Of a stretch of DNA of 64,000 nucleotides, positions 1 to 14,200 are shown in pieces. Origin of the DNA: Nemertoderma westbladi. Taxonomy: Eukaryota; Animalia; Xenacoelomorpha. Location: assembly GCA_032718475.1 (NCBI GenBank), contig JAUCBJ010009092.1, positions 124,001-188,000 of the forward strand, given 5' to 3'. Below the pieces are notes generated by a model. The model was not told the DNA's origin. It saw only the letters and a list, made by a program, of their open reading frames with translations, and ran no database searches. Positions within the stretch are counted from its first letter, which is position 1. Each line of letters opens with the position of its first letter. A program made the translations under genes and the position numbers.

Positions 1-3000
1 GTACTTCCCACTCCGTCTCCCACACCCTCCACAGATCCTGCTGTACTTCCCAATCCGTCTCCCACACCCTCCACAGATCCTCCTGTACTTCCCATTCCGT
101 CTCCCACACCCTCCACAGATCCTCCTGTACTTCCCACTCCGTCTCCCATACCCTCCACAGATCCTCCTGTACTTCCCAATCCGTCTCCCACACCCTCCAC
201 AGATCCTCCTGTACTTCCCAATCCGTCTCCCACACCTCCACAGATCCTCGTGTACTTCCCACTCCGTCTCCCACACCCTCCACAGATCCTCCTGTACTTC
301 CCACTCCGTCTCCCACACCCTCCACAGATCCTCCTGTACTTCCCACTCCGTCTCCCACACCCTCCACAGATCCTCCTGTACTTCCCACTCCGTCTCCCAC
401 ACCCTCCACAGATCCTCCTGTACTTCCCAATCCGTCTCCCACACTTCCACAGATCTTCCTGTAATTCCCACTCCGTCTCCCACACCCTCCACAGATCCTC
501 CTGTACTTCCCAATCCGTCTCCCACACCCTCCACAGATCCTCCTGTACTTCCCAATCCGTCTCCCACACCCTGCACAGATCCTCCTGTACTTCCCAATCC
601 GTCTCCCACACATCCACAGATCCTCCTGTACTTCCCACTCCGTCTCCCACACCCTCAACAGATCCTGCTGTACTTCCCAATCCGTCTCCCACACCCTCCA
701 CAGATCCTCATGTACTTCCCAATCCGTCTCCCACACCCTCCACAGATCCTCCTGTACTTCCCACTCCCTCTCCCACACCCTCCACAGATCCTCCTGTACT
801 TCCCAATGCGACTCCCACACCCTCCACAGATCCTCCTGTACTTCCCAATCCGTCTCCCACACCCTCCACAGACCTTCCTGTACTCCACACTCCGTCTCCC
901 ACACCCTCCACAGATCCTCCTGTACTTCCCACTCCGTCTCCCACACCCTCCACAGATCATCCTGCACTTCCCACTCCGTCTCCCACACCCTCCACAGACC
1001 GTCCTGTACTTCCCACTCCGTCTCCCACACCCTCCACAGATCCTCCTGTACTTCCCACTCCGTCTCCCACACCCTCCACAGATCATCCTGTACTTCCCAC
1101 TCCGTCTCCCACACCCTCCACAGACCCTCCTGTACTTCCCACTCCGTCTCCCACACCCTCCACAGACCCTCCTGTACTTCCCACTCCGTCTCCCACACCC
1201 TCCACAGATCATCCTGTACTTCCCACTCCGTCTCCCACACCCTCCACAGACCCTCCTGTACTTCCCACTCCGTCTCCCACACCCTCCACAGACCCTCCTG
1301 TACTTCCCACTCTGTCTCCCACACCCTCCATAGATCCTCCTGTACTTCCCACTCCGTCTCCCACACCCTCCACAGATCCTCCTGTACTTCCCACTCCGTC
1401 TCCCACACCCTCCACAGATCATCCTGTACTTCCCACTCCGTCTCCCACACCCTCCACAGATCATCCTGTACTTCCCACTCCGTCTCCCACACCCTCCACA
1501 GACCTTCCTGTTCTTCCCACTCCGTCTCCCACACCCTCCACAGATCCTCCCGTACTTCCTACTCCGTCTCCCACACCCTCCACAGACCTTCCTGTACTTC
1601 CCACTCCGTCTCCCACACCCTCCACAGATCCTCCTGTACTTACCAATCCGTCTCCCACACCCTCCACAGACCTTCCTGTACTTCCCACTCCGTCTCCCAC
1701 ACCTTCCACAGATCCTCCTGTACTTCCCACTCTTTCTCCCACACCCTCCACAGATCCTCCTGTACTTCCCACTCCGTCTCCCACACCCTCAACAGATCCT
1801 CCTGTACTTCCCAATCCGTCTCCCACACTCTCTACAGATCCTCGTGTACTTCCCACTCCGTCTCCCACACCCTCCACAGATCCTCCTGTACTTCCCACTC
1901 CGTCTCCCACACCTTCCACAGATCCTCCCGTACTTCCTACTCCGTCTCCCACACCCTCCACAGACCTTCCTGTACTTCCCACTCCGTCTCCCACACCCTC
2001 CACAGATCCTCCTGTACTTACCAATCCGTCTCCCACACCCTCCACAGACCTTCCTGTACTTCCCACTCTTTCTCCCACACCCTCCACAGATCCTCCTGTA
2101 CTTCCCACTCCGTCTCCCACACCCTCAACAGATCCTCCTGTACTTCCCAATCCGTCTCCCACACTCTCTACAGATCCTCGTGTACTTCCCACTCCGTCTC
2201 CCACACCCTCCACAGATCCTCCTGTACTTCCCACTCCGTCTCCCACACCCTCCACAGATCCTCCTGTACTTCCCACTCCGTCTCCCACACCCTCCACAGA
2301 TCCTCCTGTACTTCCCACTCCGTCTCCCACACCCTCCACAGATCCTCCTGTACTTCCCACTCCGTCTCCCACACCCTCCACAGATCCTCCTGTACTTCCC
2401 ACTCCGTCTCCCACACCCTCCACAGATCCTCCTGTACTTCCCACTCCGTCTCCCACACCCTCCACAGATCCTCCTGTACTTCCCACTCCGTCTCCCACAC
2501 CCTCCACAGATCATCCTGTACTTCCCACTCCGTCTCCCACACCCTCCACAGACCCTCCTGTACTTCCCACTCCGTCTCCCACACCCTCCACAGACCCTCC
2601 TGTACTTCCCACTCCGTCGCCCACACCCTCCACAGATCATCCTGTACTTCCCACTCCGTCTCCCACACCCTCCACAGACCCTCCTGTACTTCCCACTCCG
2701 TCTCCCACACCCTCCACAGACCCTCCTGTACTTCCCACTCCGTCTCCCACACCCTCCACAGATCATCCTGTACTTCCCACTCCGTCTCCCACACCCTCCA
2801 CAGACCCTCCTGTACTTCCCACTCCGTCTCCCACACCCTCCACAGACCCTCCTGTACTTCCTACTCCGTCTCCCACACCCTCCACAGATCCTCCTGTACT
2901 TCCCACTCCGTCTCCCACACCCTCCACAGATCCTCCTGTACTTTCCACTCCGTTTCCAACACCCTCCACAGATCTTCCTGTACTTCCCACTCCGTCTGCC

Positions 3001-4946
3001 ACACCCTCCACAGATCCTCCTGTACTTCCCACTCCGTCTCCCACACCCTCCACAGACCCTCCTGTACTTCCCACTCCGTCTCCCACACCCTCCACAGATC
3101 ATCCTGCACTTCCCACTCCGTCTCCCACACCCTCCACAGACCCTCCTGTACTTCCCACTCCGTCTCCCACACCCTCCACAGATCATCCTGTACTTCCCAC
3201 TCCGTCTCCCACACCCTCCACAGACCCTCCTGTACTTCCCACTCCGTCTCCCACACCCTCCACAGACCCTCCTGTACTTCCCACTCCGTCGCCCACACCC
3301 TCCACAGATCCTCCTGTACTTCCCACTCCGTCTCCCACACCCTCCACAGACCCTCCTGTACTTCCCACTCCGTCTCCCACACCCTCCACAGACCCTCCTG
3401 TACTTCCCACTCCGTCTCCCACACCCTCCACAGATCCTCCTGTACTTCCCACTCCGTCTCCCACACCCTCCACAGACCCTCCTGTACTTCCCACTCCGTC
3501 TCCCACACCCTCCACTGACCCTCCTGTACTTCCCACTCCGTCTCCCACACCCTCCATAGATCCTCCTGTATTTCCCACTCCGTCTCCCACACCCTCCACA
3601 GATCCTCCTGTACTTCCCACTCCGTCTCCCACACCTCCACAGATCTTCCTGTACACCCTCCACAGACCTTTCTGTACTTCCCACTCCGTCTCCCACACCC
3701 TCCACAGATCCTCCTGTACTTCCCAATCCGTCTCCCACACCCTCCACAGACCTTCCTGTACTTCCCACTCCGTCTCCCACACCCTCCACAGTTCCTCCTG
3801 TACTTCCCAATCCGTCTCCCACACCCTCCACAGATCCTCCTGTACTTCCCACTCCGTCTCCCACACCCTCCACAGATCCTCCTGTACTTCCCACTCCGTC
3901 TCCCACACCCTCCACAGATCCTCCTGTACTTCCCACTCCGTTTCCAACACCCTCCACAGATCTTCCTGTACTTCCCACTCCGTCTCCCACACCCTCCACA
4001 GATCCTTCCTGTACTTCCCACTCCGTCTCCCACACCCTCCACAGACCCTCCTGTACTTCCCACTCCGTCTCCCACACCCTCCACAGATCATCCTGCACTT
4101 CCCACTCCGTCTCCCACACCCTCCACAGACCCTCCTGTACTTCCCACTCCGTCTCCCACACCCTCCAAAGATCCTCCTGTACTTCCCACTCCGTCTCCCA
4201 CACCCTCCCCAGATCATCCTGTACTTCCCACTCCGTCTCCCACACCCTCCACAGACCCTCCTGTACTTCCCATTCCGTCTCCCACACCCTCCACAGACCC
4301 TGCTGTACTTCCCACTCCGTCTCCCACACCCTCCACAGATCATCCTGTACTTCCCACTCCGTCTCCCACACCCTCCACAGACCCTCCTGTACTTCCCACT
4401 CCGTCTCCCACACCCTCCACTGACCCTCCTGTACTTCCCACTCCGTCTCCCACACCCTCCATAGATCCTCCTGTACTTCCCACTCCGTCTCCCACACCCT
4501 CCACAGATCCTCCTGTACTTCCCACTCCGTCTCCCACACCTCCACAGATCTTCCTGTACTTCCTACTCCGTCTCCCACACCCTCCACAGACCTTTCTGTA
4601 CTTCCCACTCCGTCTCCCACACCCTCCACAGATCCTCCTGTACTTCCCAATCCGTATCCCACACCCTCCACAGACCTTCCTGTACTTCCCACTCCGTCTC
4701 CCACACCCTCCACAGATCCTGCTGTACTTCCCAATCCGTCTCCCACACCCTCCACAGATCCTCCTGTACTTCCCATTCCGTCTCCCACACCCTCCACAGA
4801 TCCTCCTGTACTTCCCACTCCGTCTCCCATACCCTCCACAGATCCTCCTGTACTTCCCAATCCGTCTCCCACACCCTCCACAGATCCTCCTGTACTTCCC
4901 AATCCGTCTCCCACACCTCCACAGATCCTCGTGTACTTCCCACTCC

Positions 4947-5046
4947 NNNNNNNNNNNNNNNNNNNNNNNNNNNNNNNNNNNNNNNNNNNNNNNNNNNNNN
5001 NNNNNNNNNNNNNNNNNNNNNNNNNNNNNNNNNNNNNNNNNNNNNN
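4947..5046. other. Scaffold gap (100 N)
   Basis: Exactly 100 N, the usual placeholder for a gap of unknown size, with satellite on both sides. Confidence 0.98.
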
Positions 5047-5479
5047 TCCACTGACCCTCCTGTACTTCCCACTCCGTCTCCCACACCCTCCATAGATCCT
5101 CCTGTATTTCCCACTCCGTCTCCCACACCCTCCACAGATCCTCCTGTACTTCCCACTCCGTCTCCCACACCTCCACAGATCTTCCTGTACACCCTCCACA
5201 GACCTTTCTGTACTTCCCACTCCGTCTCCCACACCCTCCACAGATCCTCCTGTACTTCCCAATCCGTCTCCCACACCCTCCACAGACCTTCCTGTACTTC
5301 CCACTCCGTCTCCCACACCCTCCACAGTTCCTCCTGTACTTCCCAATCCGTCTCCCACACCCTCCACAGATCCTCCTGTACTTCCCACTCCGTCTCCCAC
5401 ACCCTCCACTGATCCTCCTGTACTTCCCACTCCGTCTCCCATACCCTCCACAGATCCTCCTGTACTTCCCAATCCGTCT

Positions 5480-8400
5480 CCCACACCCTCCACAGATCCT
5501 CCTGTACTTCCCAATCCGTCTCCCACACCTCCACAGATCCTCGTGTACTTCCCACTCCGTCTCCCACACCCTCCACAGATCCTCCTGTACTTCCCACTCC
5601 GTCTCCCACACCCTCCACAGATCCTCCTGTACTTCCCACTCCGTTTCCAACACACTCCACAGATCCTCCTGTACTTCCCAATCCGTCTCCCACACTTCCA
5701 CAGATCTTCCTGTACTTCCCACTCCGTCTCCCACACCCTCCACAGATCCTCCTGTACTTCCCAATCCGTATCCCACACCCTCCACAGATCCTCCTGTACT
5801 TCCCAATCCGTCTCCCACACCCTCCACAGATCCTCCTGTACTTCCCAATCCGTCTCCCACACCTCCACAGATCCTCCTGTACTTCCCACTCCGTCTCCCA
5901 CACCCTCAACAGATCCTGCTGTACTTCCCAATCCGTCTCCCACACCCTCCACAGATCCTCCTGTACTTCCCAATCCGTCTCCCACACCCTCCACAGATCC
6001 TCCTGTACTTCCCACTCCGTCTCCCACACCCTCCACAGATCCTCCTGTACTTCCCAATGCGACTCCCACACCCTCCACAGATCCTCCTGTACTTCCCAAT
6101 CCGTCTCCCACACCCTCCACAGACCTTCCTGTACTTCACACTCCGTCTCCCACACCCTCCACAGATCCTCCTGTACTTCCCACTCCGTCTCCCACACCCT
6201 CCACAGATCATCCTGCACTTCCCACTCCGTCTCCCACACCCTCCACAGACCGTCCTGTACTTCCCACTCCGTCTCCCACACCCTCCACAGATCCTCCTGT
6301 ACTTCCCACTCCGTCTCCCACACCCTCCGCAGATCATCCTGTACTTCCCACTCCGCCTCCCACACCCTCCACAGACCCTTCTGTACTTCCCACTCCGTCT
6401 CCCACACCCTCCACAGATCATCCTGTACTTCCCACTCCGTCTCCCACACCCTCCACAGACCCTCCTGTACTTCCCACTCCGTCTCCCACACCCTCCACAG
6501 ACCCTCCTGTACTTCCCACTCCGTCTCCCACACCCTCCACAGATCCTCCTGTACTTCCCACTCCGTCTCCCACACCCTCCACAGATCCTCCTATACTTCC
6601 CACTCCGTCTCCCACACCCTCCACAGATCATCCTGTACTTCCCACTCCGTCTCCCACACCCTCCACAGATCATCCTGTACTTCCCACTCCGTCTCCCACA
6701 CCCTCCACAGACCTTCCTGTACTTCCCACTCCGTCTCCCACACCCTCCACAGATCCTCCCGTACTTCCTACTCCGTCTCCCACACCCTCCACAGACCTTC
6801 CTGTACTTCCCACTCCGTCTCCCACACCCTCCACAGATCCTCCTGTACTTACTAATCCGTCTCCCACACCCTCCACAGACCTTCCTGTACTTCCCACTCC
6901 GTCTCCCACACCTTCCACAGATCCTCCTGTACTTCCCAATCCGTCTCCCACACCCTCCACAGATCCTCCTGTACTTCCCACTCCTTCTCCCACATCCTCC
7001 ACAGATCCTCCCGTACTTCCCACTCCGTCTCCCACACCCTCAACAGATCCTCCTGTACTTCCCACTCCGTCTCCCACACCTCCACAGATCCTCCTGTACT
7101 TCCCAATCCGTCTCCCACACCCTCCACAGATCCTCCTGTACTTCCCACTCCTTCTCCCACATCCTCCACAGATCCTCCCGTACTTCCCACTCCGTCTCCC
7201 ACACCCTCAACAGATCCTCCTGTACTTCCCACTCCGTCTCCCACACCCTCCACAGACCTTCCTGTACTTCCCACTCCGTCTCCCACACCTTCCACAGATC
7301 CTCCTGTACTTCCCAATCCGTCTCTCACACCTCCACAGATCCTCGTGTACTTCCCACTCCGTCTCCCACACCCTCCACAGACCTTCCTGTACTTCCCACT
7401 CCGTCTCCCACACCCTCCACAGATCCTCCTATACTTCCCACTCCGTCTCCCACACCCTCCACAGATCCTCCTGTACTTCCCACTCCGTCTCCCACACCCT
7501 CCACAGATCCTCCTGTACTTCCCACTCCGTCTCCCACACCCTCCACAGATCCTCCTGTACTTCCCACTCCGTCTCCCACACCTCCACAGATCCTCCTGTA
7601 CTTCCCACTCCGTCTCCCACACCCTCAACAGATCCTCCTGTACTTCCCACTCCGTCTCCCACACCTCCACAGATCCTCCTGTACTTCCCACTCCGTCTCC
7701 CACACCCTCCACAGACCTTCCTGTACTTCCCACTCCGTCTCCCACACCCTCCACAGACCTTCCTGTACTTCCCACTCCGTCTCCCACACCCTCCACAGAT
7801 CCTCCTGTACTTCCCACTCCGTCTCCCACACCCTCCACAGATCCTCCTGTACTTCCCACTCCGTCTCCCACACCTCCACAGATCCTCCTGTACTTCCCAC
7901 TCCGTCTCCCACACCCTCAACAGATCCTCCTGTACTTCCCACTCCGTCTCCCACACCTCCACAGATCCTCCTGTACTTCCCAATCCGTCTCCCACACCCT
8001 CCACAGATCCTCCTGTACTTACTAATCCGTCTCCCACACCCTCCACAGACCTTCCTGTACTTCCCACTCCGTCTCCCACACCTTCCACAGATCCTCCTGT
8101 ACTTCCCAATCCGTCTCCCACACCCTCCACAGATCCTCCTGTACTTCCCACTCCTTCTCCCACATCCTCCACAGATCCTCCCGTACTTCCCACTCCGTCT
8201 CCCACACCCTCAACAGATCCTCCTGTACTTCCCACTCCGTCTCCCACACCTCCACAGATCCTCCTGTACTTCCCAATCCGTCTCCCACACCCTCCACAGA
8301 TCCTCCTGTACTTCCCACTCCGTCTCCCACACCCTCCACAGATCCTCCTGTACTTACTAATCCGTCTCCCACACCCTCCACAGACCTTCCTGTACTTCCC

Positions 8401-11280
8401 AATCCGTCTCTCACACCTCCACAGACCCTCGTGTACTTCCCACTCCGTCTCCCACACCCTCCACAGATCCTCCTGTACTTCCCAATCCGTCTCCCACACC
8501 TCCACAGATCCTCGTGTACTTCCCACTCCGTCTCCCACACCCTCCACAGATCCTCCTGTACTTCCCACTCCGTCTCCCACACCCTCCACAGATCCTCCTG
8601 TACTTCCCACTCCGTTTCCAACACACTCCACAGATCCTCCTGTACTTCCCAATCCGTCTCCCACACTTCCACAGATCTTCCTGTACTTCCCACTCCGTCT
8701 CCCACACCCTCCACAGATCCTCCTGTACTTCCCAATCCGTATCCCACACCCTCCACAGATCCTCCTGTACTTCCCAATCCGTCTCCCACACCCTCCACAG
8801 ATCCTCATGTACTTCCCAATCCGTCTCCCACACCTCCACAGATCCTCCTGTACTTCCCACTCCGTCTCCCACACCCTCAACAGATCCTGCTGTACTTCCC
8901 AATCCGTCTCCCACACCCTCCACAGATCCTCCTGTACTTCCCAATCCGTCTCCCACACCCTCCACAGATCCTCCTGTACTTCCCACTCCGTCTCCCACAC
9001 CCTCCACAGATCCTCCTGTACTTCCCAATGCGACTCCCACACCCTCCACAGATCCTCCTGTACTTCCCAATCCGTCTCCCACACCCTCCACAGACCTTCC
9101 TGTACTTCACACTCCGTCTCCCACACCCTCCACAGATCCTCCTGTACTTCCCACTCCGTCTCCCACACCCTCCACAGATCATCCTGCACTTCCCACTCCG
9201 TCTCCCACACCCTCCACAGACCGTCCTGTACTTCCCACTCCGTCTCCCACACCCTCCACAGATCCTCCTGTACTTCCCACTCCGTCTCCCACACCCTCCA
9301 CAGATCATCCTGTACTTCCCACTCCGCCTCCCACACCCTCCACAGACCCTCCTGTACTTCCCACTCCGTCTCCCACACCCTCCACAGATCATCCTGTACT
9401 TCCCACTCCGTCTCCCACACCCTCCACAGACCCTCCTGTACTTCCCACTCCGTCTCCCACACCCTCCACAGACCCTCCTGTACTTCCCACTCCGTCTCCC
9501 ACACCCTCCACAGATCCTCCTGTACTTCCCACTCCGTCTCCCACACCCTCCACAGATCCTCCTATACTTCCCACTCCGTCTCCCACACCCTCCACAGATC
9601 ATCCTGTACTTCCCACTCCGTCTCCCACACCCTCCACAGATCATCCTGTACTTCCCACTCCGTCTCCCACACCCTCCACAGACCTTCCTGTACTTCCCAC
9701 TCCGTCTCCCACACCCTCCACAGATCCTCCCGTACTTCCTACTCCGTCTCCCACACCCTCCACAGACCTTCCTGTACTTCCCACTCCGTCTCCCACACCC
9801 TCCACAGATCCTCCTGTACTTACTAATCCGTCTCCCACACCCTCCACAGACCTTCCTGTACTTCCCACTCCGTCTCCCACACCTTCCACAGATCCTCCTG
9901 TACTTCCCAATCCGTCTCCCACACCCTCCACAGATCCTCCTGTACTTCCCACTCCTTCTCCCACATCCTCCACAGATCCTCCCGTACTTCCCACTCCGTC
10001 TCCCACACCCTCAACAGATCCTCCTGTACTTCCCACTCCGTCTCCCACACCTCCACAGATCCTCCTGTACTTCCCAATCCGTCTCCCACACCCTCCACAG
10101 ATCCTCCTGTACTTCCCACTCCTTCTCCCACATCCTCCACAGATCCTCCCGTACTTCCCACTCCGTCTCCCACACCCTCAACAGATCCTCCTGTACTTCC
10201 CACTCCGTCTCCCACACTCTCCACAGACCCTCCTGTACTTCCCAATCCGTCTCCCACACCCTCCACAGATCCTCCTGTACTTCCCAATCCGTCTCTCACA
10301 CCTCCACAGATCCTCGTGTACTTCCCACTCCGTCTCCCACACCCTCCACAGACCTTCCTGTACTTCCCACTCCGTCTCCCACACCCTCCACAGATCCTCC
10401 TGTACTTCCCACTCCGTCTCCCACACCCTCCACAGATCCTCCTGTACTTCCCACTCCGTCTCCCACACCCTCCACAGATCCTCCTGTACTTCCCACTCCG
10501 TCTCCCACACCCTCCACAGATCCTCCTGTACTTCCCACTCCGTCTCCCACACCTCCACAGATCCTCCTGTACTTCCCACTCCGTCTCCCACACCCTCAAC
10601 AGATCCTCCTGTACTTCCCACTCCGTCTCCCACACCTCCACAGATCCTCCTGTACTTCCCACTCCGTCTCCCACACCCTCCACAGACCTTCCTGTACTTC
10701 CCACTCCGTCTCCCACACCCTCCACAGACCTTCCTGTACTTCCCACTCCGTCTCCCACACCCTCCACAGATCCTCCTGTACTTCCCACTCCGTCTCCCAC
10801 ACCCTCCACAGATCCTCCTGTACTTCCCACTCCGTCTCCCACACCTCCACAGATCCTCCTGTACTTCCCACTCCGTCTCCCACACCCTCAACAGATCCTC
10901 CTGTACTTCCCACTCCGTCTCCCACACCTCCACAGATCCTCCTGTACTTCCCAATCCGTCTCCCACACCCTCCACAGATCCTCCTGTACTTACTAATCCG
11001 TCTCCCACACCCTCCACAGACCTTCCTGTACTTCCCACTCCGTCTCCCACACCTTCCACAGATCCTCCTGTACTTCCCAATCCGTCTCCCACACCCTCCA
11101 CAGATCCTCCTGTACTTCCCACTCCTTCTCCCACATCCTCCACAGATCCTCCCGTACTTCCCACTCCGTCTCCCACACCCTCAACAGATCCTCCTGTACT
11201 TCCCACTCCGTCTCCCACACCTCCACAGATCCTCCTGTACTTCCCAATCCGTCTCCCACACCCTCCACAGATCCTCCTGT
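5480..11280 (+). repeat. Higher-order tandem duplication within the satellite, period 2971 bp (~71 monomers); boundaries approximate
   Basis: The order of rare variants recurs at a 2971-bp offset, e.g. AATGCGACTC at ~6056 and ~9027. ORF-track pairs 5543/8514, 5906/8877, 6418/9389, 6670/9641 and 7345/10316 all differ by 2971. Confidence 0.9.
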
Positions 11281-14200
11281 ACTTCCCAATCCGTCTCCCA
11301 CACCCTCCACAGATCCTCCTGTACTTCCCAATCCGTCTCTCACACCTCCACAGATCCTCCTGTACTTCCCAATCCGTCTCCCACACCCTCCACAGACCCT
11401 CCTGTACTTCCCACTCCGTCTCCCACACCCTCCACAGATCTTCCTGTACTTCCCACTCCGTCTCCCACACCCTCCACAGATCCTCCTGTACTTCCCACTC
11501 CGTATCCCACACCCTCCACAGACCGTCCTGTACTTCCCACTCAGTCTCCCACACCCTCCACAGATCATCCTGTACTTCCCACTCCGTCTCCCACACCCTC
11601 CACAGATCCTCCTGTACTTCCCACTCCGTCTCCCACACCCTCCACAGACCTTCCTGTACTTCCCACTCCGTCTCCCACACCCTCCACAGATCCTCCTGTA
11701 CTTACCAATCCGTCTCCCACACCCTCCACAGACCTTCCTGTACTTCCCACTCCGTCTCCCACACCTTCCACAGATCCTCCTGTACTCCCCACTCCTTCTC
11801 CCACACCCTCCACAGATCCTCCTGTACTTCCCACTCCGTCTCCCACACCCTCAACAGATCATCCTGTACTTCCCACTCCGTCTCCCACACCCTCCACAGA
11901 TCCTCCTGTACTTACCAATCCGTCTCCCACACCCTCCACAGACCTTCCTGTACTTCCCACTCCGTCTCCCACACCTTCCACAGATCCTCCTGTACTTCCC
12001 ACTCCGTCTCCCACACCCTCAACAGATCATCCTGTACTTCCCACTCCGTCTCCCACACCCTCCACAGATCCTCCTGTACTTACCAATCCGTCTCCCACAC
12101 CCTCCACAGACCTTCCTGTACTTCCCACTCCGTCTCCCACACCCTCCACAGATCCTCCTGTACTTACCAATCCGTCTCCCACACCCTCCACAGACCTTCC
12201 TGTACTTCCCACTCCGTCTCCCACACCTTCCACAGATCCTCCTGTACTCCCCACTCCTTCTCCCACACCCTCCACAGATCCTCCTGTACTTCCCAATCCG
12301 TCTCTCACACCTCCACAGATCCTCGTGTACTTCCTTCCCACTCCGTCTCCCACACCCTCCACAGATCCTCCTGTACTTCCCAATCCGTCTCCCACACCCT
12401 CCACAGATCCTCCTGTACTTCCCAATCCGTCTCCCACACCCTCCACAGATCCTCCTGTACTTACTAATCCGTCTCCCACACCCTCCACAGATCCTCCTGT
12501 ACTTCCCACTCCGTCTCCCACACCCTCCACAGACCTTCCTGTACTTCCCAATCCGTCTCTCACACCTCCACAGATCCTCGTGTACTTCCCACTCCGTCTC
12601 CCACACCTCCACAGATCCTCCTGTACTTCCCAATCCGTCTCCCACACCCTCCACAGATCCTCCTGTACTTACTAATCCGTCTCCCACACCCTCCACAGAC
12701 CTTCCTGTACTTCCCACTCCGTCTCCCACACCTTCCACAGATCCTCCTGTACTTCCCAATCCGTCTCCCACACCTCCACAGATCCTCCTGTACTTCCCAA
12801 TCCGTCTCCCACACCCTCCACAGATCCTCCTGTACTTCCCAATCCGTCTCCCACACTCTCCACAGATCCTCCTGTACTTCCCACTCCGTCTCCCACACCC
12901 TCCACAGATCCTCCTGTACTTCCCACTCCGTCTCCCACACCCTCCACAGATCCTCCTGTACTTCCCACTCCGTCTCCCACACCCTCCACAGATCCTCCTG
13001 TACTTCCCACTCCGTCTCCCACACCCTCCACAGATCCTCCTGTACTTCCCAATCCGTCTCTCACACCTCCACAGATCCTCGTGTACTTCCCACTCCGTCT
13101 CCCACACCCTCCACAGACCTTCCTGTACTTCCCACTCCGTCTCCCACACCCTCCACAGATCCTCCTGTACTTCCCACTCCGTCTCCCACACCCTCCACAG
13201 ATCCTCCTGTACTTCCCACTCCGTCTCCCACACCCTCCACAGATCCTCCTGTACTTCCCACTCCGTCTCCCACACCCTCCACAGATCCTCCTGTACTTCC
13301 CACTCCGTCTCCCACACCTCCACAGATCCTCCTGTACTTCCCACTCCGTCTCCCACACCCTCAACAGATCCTCCTGTACTTCCCACTCCGTCTCCCACAC
13401 CTCCACAGATCCTCCTGTACTTCCCACTCCGTCTCCCACACCCTCCACAGACCTTCCTGTACTTCCCACTCCGTCTCCCACACCCTCCACAGACCTTCCT
13501 GTACTTCCCACTCCGTCTCCCACACCCTCCACAGATCCTCCTGTACTTCCCACTCCGTCTCCCACACCCTCCACAGATCCTCCTGTACTTCCCACTCCGT
13601 CTCCCACACCTCCACAGATCCTCCTGTACTTCCCACTCCGTCTCCCACACCCTCAACAGATCCTCCTGTACTTCCCACTCCGTCTCCCACACCTCCACAG
13701 ATCCTCCTGTACTTCCCAATCCGTCTCCCACACCTCCACAGATCATCCTGTACTTCCCAATCCGTCTCCCACACCTTCCACAGATCCTCCTGTACTTCCC
13801 AATCCGTCTCTCACACCTCCACAGATCCTCGTGTACTTCCCACTCCGTCTCCCACACCCTCCACAGACCTTCCTGTACTTCCCACTCCGTCTCCCACACC
13901 CTCCACAGATCCTCCTGTACTTCCCACTCCGTCTCCCACACCCTCCACAGACCCTCCTGTACTTCCCACTCCGTCTCCCACACTCTCCACAGATCATCCT
14001 GCACTTCCCACTCCGTCTCCCACACCCTCCACAGACCCTCCTGTACTTCCCACTCCGTCTCCCACACCCTCCACAGATCCTCCTGTACTTCCCACTCCGT
14101 ATCCCACACCCTCCACAGATCATACTGTACTTCCCACTCCGTCTCCCACACCCTCCACAGACCCTCCTGTACTTCCCACTCCGTCTCCCACACCCTCCAC

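Noticed and set aside
655-1464. CxxC-rich 'zinc finger/metallothionein-like' minus-strand peptide ([14 protein letters not shown])n
   Set aside because: It is one reading frame of the satellite, and the CxxC spacing is a by-product of the TGTGG repeats.
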